A stretch of 64,000 bases of DNA from the human T2T-CHM13v2.0 reference genome, Homo sapiens. Every line of letters starts with the position of its first letter. The stretch's first letter is position 1. Below, piece after piece: positions 55,929 through 64,000 of this stretch. The notes beneath the pieces are model-generated. The model was not told the DNA's origin. It did no database searches and saw only the letters and a program-made list of their open reading frames with translations. Position numbers and translations under genes: made by a program. The stretch lies in assembly GCA_009914755.4 (NCBI GenBank), contig CP086569.2, positions 13,056,001 through 13,120,000 on the forward strand, given 5' to 3'.

Positions 55929-56135
55929 GATTCATTCATTTTTATGGCTGAATGGTATTCTACTTTCCGGATGGCCCACATTCTGTTTATCCATGGAACC
56001 ACTGATGAAATTTGGGGTAGTTTCCACTTTTTGTGTTGTGGGCACAGAACTGCTTTCAATATGTGCACACAAAGTTTTTGCTTCAGTACTTGTTTTCAGT
56101 TCTACTTGATATATCCCTAGGAAATGGAGTGATTA

Positions 56136-56465
<330 letters not shown>

Positions 56466-57907
56466 TACTCTTCTAAGGTTTCTTGACTTGCTGACATCAT
56501 CCTCAAACTGAATACTTCACACATTGTGATAGTAAATACTGTTGCTCATACCAATGAGGTAACATTAAATGAGGATGTTGATAATCCTTTGAAAGGGAGA
56601 GAAACACAACCATATTTGCAAAGGTAGACTCTCCAGTTCATTGACTCTTTTGCTTAATCCTTCTTCACTAGTTCTGCTTCCTACATTTTGTTACCCACCC
56701 AACTTAAATTCCATGGTTCAACACCTGAAGAATTCTCCAAAATGTTTAATTATTTGCCCCATTGTCTATGTAAACATTTACCTGGAAATCTGCCATCTTT
56801 GAGTGAGCCCAAATGCCAGAGATCCCCTTCTTACCCAGGGGCTCATCTTTACTAGAAATGTGGGTGCCATGGCACAGTTGAGTCCTTCATTCCAACCAGG
56901 TCTCCAAACTGCCTTGTCATCCTAGTTTTTGCCATTGACAAAATCAACATCTAACTATATGCTATCGTCTAACATTAGACCTTTCCAGTGCCAATCCCAC
57001 CAACTTCTCATCTACCCAACACACAAACACGCTCTTAATAGATAATTATAGGAAGGGGAGAAATAAAACCTTTGTTATCTTTAATTTAGTTACTGGGAAC
57101 TTCAAATTAAACTGACAGAAGACAAGTTTACAGAAGAAATGGTTTATTTTGTATGTACACATGGGGAGACACATGGAAAAGAAGTGAGGACCCTGAAGAG
57201 GTGCTTGGACCTAGGGGATTATATACCACCTTAACACAGGGTGATAAAGTTTAGAGAAGGAACTAGACAAAGGCAAATGGAATTTAAGCATCTAGGATGG
57301 GGGTAAGTTTGTAGAAGGTGGCTAGAAAATGCCTGGTAAGTATAGATTATTATATAGACTCAAGTCATCTCAGGTGATAATCCCTATCTCTGGAATCATC
57401 CATGAGAGGACACCTTTATAAATGAAATTTTTCTTTACAAATGAATTTTCTTTTCAAAGGGAAAACATATGCCCTGCATTTTAACAGAAAGGGGGAGGGT
57501 AGAGAGCTTGTTCTGTGCCTGCTCTTATTCAGTAGCCTTTAGCTCAAAGTAATGCTTGCACCGAAATGTCATATTTTTGGGTGGCATATTTTGATCCCCT
57601 TCATAATCTTACCACATACTTCCTGGAAATGGAAAAGCTACCCATAGGGAATTCACTCCATTTCTCAGCCTCAGCCCTTCCAATATTTTTGAGTCTCTTT
57701 CCCTCCTCTGGTCACAGAAGATTACAGAAGGTATGTCCTTGCACTTTTGCACGTTGTAGTGAGCTAAGTAGTATTCTCCACTGATAATTCATAATTCATG
57801 GCCATCTGGAACTTCACAATGTGTCCTTATCTGGAAGTAGAATCTTTGCAGGTTAAGTAGGCCCTAAATTTAGTGACTGGCACCCTTATAAGAAGAGGAG
57901 AGGAGGA

Positions 57908-58040
57908 CTGGGTGTGGTGGCTCATGGTTGTAATCCAAGCACTTTGGGAGGCTGAAGCAGCTGGATAGCTTGAGACCAGGAGTTTGAGACCAGCCTGGGC
58001 AACATGGTGAAACATCATCTGTACAAAAAAAGAGAAAAGT
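57908..58040 (+). mobile_element. Alu left-monomer-length fragment (FLAM-like).
   Basis: CTGGGTGTGGTGGCTCATGGTTGTAATCCAAGCACTTTGGGAGGCTGAAGCAGCTGGATAGCTTGAGACCAGGAGTTTGAGACCAGCCTGGGCAACATGGTGAAACATCATCTGTACAAAAAAAG. Confidence 0.75.
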
Positions 58041-58661
58041 TGGCCAGTCTCATAACCCATTTTTGAAAAAAATAAATAAACAGGAGAGGAGAGGACACAG
58101 AGAGATATAAAGAAAAAGACCATGTGAAGATGGAGATGGAGATCGGAATGATGCATCTGCAAGTCAAAGAACATCAAGAATGGCTGGCAACCACCAGAAG
58201 CAGGAAGTGTCTTGGAGAGAGTGTTTCCTAGAGCATCTAGAAGGAACCCATTCTGCTGACACCTGGATTTCAGATGCTTCTGGCCTCCAGAAGGCTGAGA
58301 GAATAAATCTCCGTTAGTTTGAGCCATGCAGTGTGTGGTAATTTGTGATGGCAGCCCTCCAGGAAACCAATGCACACGCCTTGCTGGGGTGATTTCATTC
58401 ACATGCACCTTCTCCATCCTGGGTCCTACTGTCTCTTTGGGTAGACCATGTTTTATTAATTATCCCATTTCCTGCAGCTGGGACTGCTTACTGTCCGTGT
58501 AGCCTTCCCTAAGCAAAGCCATAAACTGGTGTTTTTCATCATAGAAACAGAACAAACAATGACAACAACAAACTTTTTTTTATCCCAAGTAAAAGAGAGA
58601 ATTGCATTTCTACTGATTGAAAGTAAAACATAATGGGCTAGTGCAAAGTAGATGTAGAAGC

Positions 58662-59250
58662 TTTTTTTTATTTGTATAAATTTAAGGGATACAAGTGCAG
58701 TTACACGGATATAGTGCATAGTGGTGAAGTCTGGGCTTTTAGTGTATCTATCACTTGAATAGTGTACATTGTAGCCATTAAATAATTTCTCATCCCTCAA
58801 CCCCCACCATCCTGCCCTTCTGAATCTCCAGTGTCTATTATTCCACATTGGATGTCCATGTGAACACATTCTTTATCTCCCACTTATAAGTGAGAGAATG
58901 CAGAATTTGACTTTCTGTTTCTGAGTTGTTTTACTTGAGATAATTGCCTCCAGTTCTAGCCATGTTGCTGCTAAATACATGATTTTATTTTCTATGGCTC
59001 TGTAGTATTCCACTGTGTATATATATCACATTTTATTTATCCAAACATCCCATCATCCATCAGTGGACACTGAGGTTGATTTCACATCTTTGCTATTGTG
59101 AATGGTGCTGTGATAAGCACACATGTGCAGGGATATTTTTGATATAATGATTTCTTTTCCTTTGGGCAATCACCCAGTAGTGAGGTTGCTGGATCATGTG
59201 ATAATAGAGCTTTATGTACTATTTTGGTTCCCTGTTCCAAGGTGAAACAT
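58662..59250 (-). mobile_element. Old L1 3'-end fragment (3' UTR plus distal ORF2), minus orientation, with poly-A seen as poly-T at 58662.
   Basis: TTTTTTTTATTTGTATAAATTTAAGGGATACAAGTGCAGTTACACGGATATAGTGCATAGTGGTGAAGTCTGGGCTTTTAGTGTATCTATCAC...TCTATGGCTCTGTAGTATTCCACTGTGTATATATATCACATTTTATTTATCCAAACATCCCATCATCCATCAGTGGACACTGAGGTTGATTTCACATCTTTGCTATTGTGAATGGTGCTGTGATAAGCACACATGTGCAG. This looks like the rc of L1 3' UTR/ORF2-end consensus strings. The minus ORFs 58456..58869 and 59082..59279 derive from it. Confidence 0.75.
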
Positions 59251-59377
59251 TGATACCTGTAAGACAGCCATAAAAACACAATAGTTCACAAAGGTAAAAA
59301 TATGTGAAAAGAATTCCCTTCTCCCCTTCTAGATATGCTCAAATGGGAGGTAAAGGAAATCCGTTTTGCCTTATCAG

Positions 59378-59689
<312 letters not shown>

Positions 59690-60593
59690 AGTTTTTAATT
59701 CTTGGATGATAACCTCTGAAATTTTACACAAGATATCTGTATTTATTTGCCAACCTATTTTAGGCTGGATGTTTTGAGTTCCAAATCTGAAATATAAGAA
59801 GTTTATTTCCCATTCATCTCCCTCTTCAACTGTCTTCTCCAAATAGTTGTTAATTTTATATCTTGTTTTAAATTCTTCTAGTCATATCTACTGATTTTGG
59901 AAAAGATACTTAAGTTTATTTTTCATGTTCCACAAGTCTTATACTGTTTTCAGCAAAACACCACTGAGTAGAATGGAAAATTTAAATAAATTTCAATCAA
60001 AGTCTTCAGATGCCAATAATAATTTCATCAGCATAGTATCTCACCTAGCCAACAAATGTTTCATATTATATATTTTTTCTTTATTGGGTTTCTTTTTAAT
60101 TTTATTTTGTGCAGCGAAAAACATAATCTTAGCATTTTAATGTCAAATGTCTTCAATTAGACTTCAAAGCTGGTTCCATTCAATCAAACCTGCTAATCAC
60201 ACCAAACATCTGTCCCCTTCCTGATTTATTCAGTCTCTAACCCCACAAAACACTCACAGAAACTTCACTCTTCCCAGAAAAAAATGATTTCCTTATTCTT
60301 TTCTGAAAAATAAAAAATAAAATAGAAAGCTACACACTAACACCACAGGTTTTGATGAAAACTTTGATTATTCAGCTTTTATTTTATACCCTTCTACATG
60401 CACTTTGGAAGATTGAAAGGAAAAAAATGAATCAAACTTGCACCATTCACTATGCTTTGTTTCTGTTTTTTTTTTTTTTTTTAAGTGTTAACCTATGGCT
60501 TTGAAGCCACTATTTCTGGTGGGAAGATAGAAGTAAAATTAAAAACAAGAAATAAAATAATAAAACAGAAAAATGTCTCACAGAAAAAACACC

Positions 60594-60672
60594 GTGTGGG
60601 GTGTGTGTGACTGTGTGTGTTTGTATGTTTGTGTGTGTGTGACTGTGTGTGTGTGAGTGTATGTGTGTGTGT
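60594..60672. repeat. Imperfect (TG)n microsatellite.
   Basis: gtgtggggtgtgtgtgactgtgtgtgtttgtatgtttgtgtgtgtgtgactgtgtgtgtgtgagtgtatgtgtgtgtg. Confidence 0.85.
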
Positions 60673-61430
60673 TTACCAGGATCCCAAGGTCTGTAACCCC
60701 CATGAGAGATGAAAACAAAATTTCACCCACATCCTAATCAAAATGAGTCTCCCAAGTTGCATTGGAAAGAATAAAAAGTCCAGTGTCCTTGCAAACTCAC
60801 AGACTTGTCTGTTCTTTTTTTATACCACAGTGACAAAAATATTAAATTATGTTTTTATACTGCAAGCCTCCAACAGAGTAGGGAGCATTAATTATGGAGT
60901 ATATTTTTGGAAAATAAGATGGAGCTTTCAGAATGGAGCAAGAAGGGATGAAGACAGGTGCCCTTACTCTCCCTCCAATCACTTCAGTCAACGCTGGCAA
61001 CTATACAAACTTATGAGGCTATGACTCACCCTGTTCATGTTTCATGGAAGTTTTTACAATTTGTGAACACTCATCCTTAAAAAGAAGAAAAGGCAGTTTC
61101 AAAAATTAAAGGGGAAAAAGATACATTTCTCCTACCTCACCACCACACAGAAACCTGAAAAGGCTTAGCAACAAAACTAAAATCCTGAGATTGACAACTT
61201 TTTTCTTACTTGGAAAATCTCATTAGAGCTTACACTATGAAAAGTCCTAACATGCATATTTCCATATGGTTGTGAGAAAACAGCCTCACCCCTCACAATG
61301 TAGAAATCATTAATGCTAACAAGAGAAACATAAGTCCTGGGAAAAGGGATCTTTGGCAGTTTGCACCAGAGAAGAAAAAAGATTTATTCTTAGAGCCTGT
61401 CCGCAGGCTCTTAGAATTCTAGACATCCTT

Positions 61431-61700
61431 GCCAGGTGTGGTGGCTCACCCCTGTAATCCCAGCACTTCAGGAGGCTGAGGCGGGTGGATCACTTAGGGC
61501 AAGGAGTTCAAGAACAGCCTGGGCAACAAAGCAAGATCCTATCTATACCAAAAAATAAAAAAATTAGCTGGGCGTGGTGGCATATACTGGTAGTCTCACC
61601 TCTTTGGGAGGCTGAGATAGGAGGATCACTTGAGCCCAGAAGGTTGAAGCTTCAGTGAGCTGTGATTGTCCAGTCTGGGTGACAGAGTGAGACCCTGTCT
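61431..61700 (+). mobile_element. Alu, plus orientation, whose tail grades into a purine-rich (GAGGAG)n/(GGA)n tract (61700–61800).
   Basis: GCCAGGTGTGGTGGCTCACCCCTGTAATCCCAGCACTTCAGGAGGCTGAGGCGGGTGGATCAC...GTGACAGAGTGAGACCCTGTCTAAGAAGAAGACAGATGAGGAGGAGGAGGAGGGGGAGGAAAATGAAGAGGAGGAGGAGGAGGAGAGGGAGG. Confidence 0.85.
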
Positions 61701-61800
61701 AAGAAGAAGACAGATGAGGAGGAGGAGGAGGGGGAGGAAAATGAAGAGGAGGAGGAGGAGGAGAGGGAGGAAAAGAAGGAGAGGGAGGAGAAAAGAAGAA
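61700..61800. repeat. Purine-rich (GAGGAG)n-like low-complexity tract; a 35-nt poly-T lies nearby at 61861–61895.
   Basis: Directly visible. ORF 61652..61903(−), rich in S/F/K runs, is an artefact of these tracts. Confidence 0.8.
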
Positions 61801-62859
61801 AAGAAATGTGAACATTCCCATGCATAGTGACCAAAGGTAGAAGAAGCCTTGTAAATTTTCTTTTTTTTTTTTTTTTTTTTTTTTTTGCTTTTGTGGAAAA
61901 CAAATGTAATTCAGGAGTCAGCAGAGGGAAAAGACACAGAAATGATCTGAAGATACTGGCAATTTCTGCTTAGAGCTGCTTTCCACTGTCCCCTCTTCAG
62001 AAACTCAACACTGTCTTCTCCCTTCCTTCCCTATGAATGTTCATGGCTCCTGGGGCTGGGGTTGAGAGTCTTTGTTTACCTTCCCTCCTGCTGGCTTCAG
62101 ACTATCACAGATGCTGGGAAACTTTGATCTGCTGAATCCTGTTCCTCCTTGGAAGCTACTGGAGTCTGCATAAACACCCCTAAGACCTCTGAGCTCCTGT
62201 CCCACTGAGCTGTTCATGAGGCATCCCGGGTGTCAGTAGGTCAGCTGCCCTCTGTGCATGGCATGCAGGAGGAGGAGCCAGAGATCCCTTTAAACCCCCT
62301 TTAGCTCTTACTGAGCTCTGTAGCTGCAACTAGAAACCAAGTTGACACTAGGCAGATTAACAAAGGAAAACATACATATTTTAATTTTCCATAGACAATG
62401 GGGATATTCCCAAGAGTGATGTTCAAAGAGGTGATGAAACCAAGACACTTTTGTACTTTTAGACGAAGAATGACAAATTTGAGAAGAAATGAAAAACAAA
62501 GAGAATCTGACTGGGGCAGTGAATTTCTGGGAAAGTCACAAGGAGATATATGGGAGGGGTTAAACTAGTGTGAAGCGCATTTGTTGAGGTCCATTGCAGG
62601 TCCCAAAGCCCAGTCTCTGGTGATGACAGCTATTTTCTCACCCTGGTAAGGGGAGGAATCCCCTCCCAGAGGAATCTTTATAGCTTGCTGCCTGCAGGAA
62701 GAGACAGGTCGACTAGCCCTTTCTGAAACTACAATTCTCCAGTGTTTTCAACTCTAAATATGAAAGATACGAATCCAGCATATTTTGGGAAGGCACGTCC
62801 TTCTCTCCTTCAACAGCACAAATAGGTATCACAACCTAGGGCATATATGAGCCACCCTG

Positions 62860-63050
62860 GTGATATCTAGGAATCTCAAGAAGAAGAGAGAGAAGAAAGA
62901 AAGGAGAAACAAGGGAGGAAGACAGGTAGAGAAAAGAGAGAGAAAAAGGAAGGTAGGGAAAGGAAGTGGGGGGAAGTATATGAGAGAGAGATGTAGAAAG
63001 AAACGTGGGGGAGAGAGACAGAGAGCACAGAAGCAGTTATATAGCTATAC
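62860..63050. repeat. GA-rich (purine) low-complexity region.
   Basis: gaagaagagagagaagaaagaaaggagaaacaagggaggaagacaggtagagaaaagagagagaaaaaggaaggtagggaaaggaagtgggggg... The K/R/E-rich ORF 62860..63054 is a compositional artefact. Confidence 0.8.
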
Positions 63051-63756
63051 TTAAAAAGCCAGGAGGCCCAGGACTAGAGAAAAAACAAATCCCTTTGTTC
63101 TATGAGGTACAGATTTTTTTCTCTCTTCCCAAAAATGTCATTATTTTTCTTCTCCTGACTCATAAGAATATCAATAAAGAGTCAAACTCTGTAAAATATT
63201 TGAAGAGATTTATTTTGAACAAATATTTTTATAGGAATGGGGTCCAGGAAACAGACCCCAAGAGAGGGTTCTTATCTGGTGCAAGAAATAATTTGGGGCA
63301 AGTCCATAGAGTAAAGTGAAAGAAAGTTTATTAGGAAAGTAAAGGAACAAAAGAATGGCTACTCCATAGACAGAGCAGTCCCAAGAGGGCTGCTGGTTGC
63401 CCATTTTTATGGTGATTTCTTGATGATATGCTAAACAAGGGTGGATTACTCCTGCCTCCTCTTTTTTGACCATATGGGGTAACTACCTGACATTGCCATG
63501 GCATTCGTAAATTGTCATGGTGCTGGTGGGAGTGTAGCAGTGAGGACGATCAGACATCACTCTACTACCATCTTGAGTATCTCAGTCCCATTCTCATCCA
63601 AGGCACCGTAAAAACTAGAATCCCTCCTTCCCAAGGTGGATCCAAGAAACAAGACACCTTTTTCCCCAAAGCCAGGCATAAAGCCTAAAAGTATGACTCT
63701 AACTCCCTCTACTCACCTTTCCATGTAAAAACTGGCCATAAAGAAATGATCTGAGG

Positions 63757-63850
63757 GCAAGGCACAGTGGCTTACACCTGTAATTCCTACATTTTGGGAG
63801 GCCAAGGTGGGAGGATCCCTTGAGTCCAGGAGCTTGAGAACAACATGGGC
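63757..63850 (+). mobile_element. Alu 5' fragment (~95 bp).
   Basis: GGGCAAGGCACAGTGGCTTACACCTGTAATTCCTACATTTTGGGAGGCCAAGGTGGGAGGATCCCTTGAGTCCAGGAGCTTGAGAACAACATGGGCAAC. Confidence 0.75.
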
Positions 63851-64000
63851 AACTTCCTGTTTCTCCCCTGTAAAAGACAAACTTTTTGTCCCTCCCCAGT
63901 GCAGGATGCACTTCCTGTGTCTCCCCTGTGAAGGACACACTTCCTGTCATTCTCCTAAAAGAGACACACTTCCTATTCCTCCCCTGTGTAGGACACACTT
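63851..64000. repeat. Minisatellite-like tandem repeat (~30–37-bp unit CACTTCCTGT(G/C)TCTCCCCTGTGAAGGACA), running off the window end.
   Basis: …aacttcctgtttctcccctgtaaaagacaa… / …gcacttcctgtgtctcccctgtgaaggacaca / cttcctgtcattctcctaaaagagacaca / cttcctattcctcccctgtgtaggacacactt. The ORFs 63699..63998 and 63713..63940 (−) are repeat artefacts. Confidence 0.7.

Noticed and set aside
57827-58417. 196-aa minus-strand ORF in largely non-repeat sequence.
   Set aside because: It reads through an Alu monomer (…[33 protein letters not shown]…, the classic Alu-antisense peptide). The remainder has no recognisable domain, no Kozak/splice context and low-complexity composition. I judge it chance read-through.

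Overview
This is primate (human-type) nuclear genomic DNA, not a prokaryotic locus. Roughly half of the 64 kb is recognisable interspersed repeats, with no CRISPR array, operon or other prokaryotic-style defence system. I see no convincing cellular protein-coding gene. Every long ORF in the supplied track either falls inside a transposable element or is read-through of Alu, microsatellite or GC-rich LTR sequence.

Main annotated content:
- A decayed class I endogenous retrovirus (1–~5290, minus strand) with a primer-binding site complementary to tRNA-Glu, which makes it HERV-E-like. gag MA and pol RT remnants are visible.
- An LTR12 (HERV-9) LTR on the minus strand (8881–10363) with its CCAAT-box tandem repeats, plus two further LTR12-like fragments at 38419–38635 and 40846–41323.
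- Three copies of an unclassified LTR-like repeat (called LTR-X here), each adjacent to LTR12-type sequence.
- Three L1 insertions: a 3.9-kb 5'-inverted (twin-priming) copy with a ~18-bp target-site duplication (TSD); a ~390-bp twin-primed copy with a clean 13-bp TSD; and a full-length, ORF-dead L1PA (32255–38418) inserted into an LTR12-like LTR.
- About 30 Alu elements, several with identifiable TSDs, and MaLR (THE1/MST-type) solo LTRs.
- A ~2-kb tandem array of a ~55–58-bp unit (44590–46660), split by an Alu insertion, with a short inverted partner array 1.3 kb upstream.

All assignments rest on my recognition of motifs and consensus-like sequence. No database search was run, so subfamily labels and boundaries (±10–30 bp) are approximate.
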